Shown here piece after piece: positions 23,647 through 24,000 of a DNA stretch of 24,000 nucleotides (position 1 is its first letter; each line of letters opens with the position of its first letter). The notes beneath the pieces are model-generated. The model had not been told where the DNA came from. It saw nothing but the letters and a program-made list of their open reading frames with translations, and searched no databases. The DNA is from Gordonia phage Austin. The translations under genes were made by a program, and so were the position numbers. Location: the sequence record MW534374.1. One strand, 5' to 3'.

Positions 23647-24000
23647 ACCTACAATCTACATGGTGGTACTAGTCATGTCTAGTCCAAACGCGAAACATCT
23701 CGTGTGATCTATCTAACAGTCGTGACGACTTGGCAAATAGACCCGCGCGTGATAATGCAAATCTTTTGTTCGATGGTCATCGAACTGGTTTTGTGGACTC
23801 GAAATTGTGCATGGGGTAGTGGCATCCATCTTTTGCGATTACACCCCGCTGGTTGCAACGCTGGCGGGCGGAATGGGGGCCGCCGGTACTATGTAGCCGA
23901 TCGGACTTTCGTCGCGCGTACGGGCCATGTAGCGGCCAGCAATTGGGGCTTGACATTGGGAGCAAAGTTTGATCTACCCGGCGTGTCGAGAAAAGCTCTC

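Noticed and set aside
23777-23965. 62-aa minus-strand ORF near the window end
   Set aside because: No SD, no motif, unusual composition; region looks non-coding.
23953-23981. TTGACA on the plus strand near the window end
   Set aside because: The hexamer is perfect but the 17-bp-spaced -10 (TCTACC) is poor and no plus-strand gene is visible in the window.
23093-24000. CRISPR array considered for the repeated CTAGTCTACC units
   Set aside because: Only three close copies, repeats themselves diverge, intervening sequence is not spacer-like, and each copy fits a promoter layout.

Overview
The window looks like the early/accessory region of an actinobacteriophage-like genome. This is inferred from the high GC content, tightly packed leftward genes with AAGGAG-type ribosome sites and GTG starts, and many small Cys-rich orphan proteins; no database search was possible. 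Essentially all credible genes are on the minus strand. Recognisable products are a DnaQ/oligoribonuclease-like 3'-5' exonuclease (partial, 1-472), a small HTH/excisionase-like protein, an SNF2-family helicase, an SSB-like protein with an acidic DDDEEPPF tip, and a MoxR-type AAA+ ATPase next to a metallopeptidase/VWA protein. I found no CRISPR array, rRNA, transposase or canonical defence system. The most interesting signals are in non-coding DNA. (1) A CTAG-rich region (about 23.13-23.69 kb) holds three repeats spaced 61-66 bp, each readable as a leftward sigma70-like promoter with an exact 17-bp spacer, plus two related copies, one of which may drive a leaderless mRNA. (2) A ~360-bp non-coding block (18.93-19.29 kb) contains three large inverted repeats. 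(3) Several leftward promoters share an extended TGTGG-TACYAT-like -10 but carry different inverted-repeat operators. (4) A 41-bp repeat and one other site have a perfect tRNA T-arm but no canonical cloverleaf. (5) The AAA+/VWA pair has an unusual Cys-rich N-terminal extension and sits at the head of an operon of small orphan genes.
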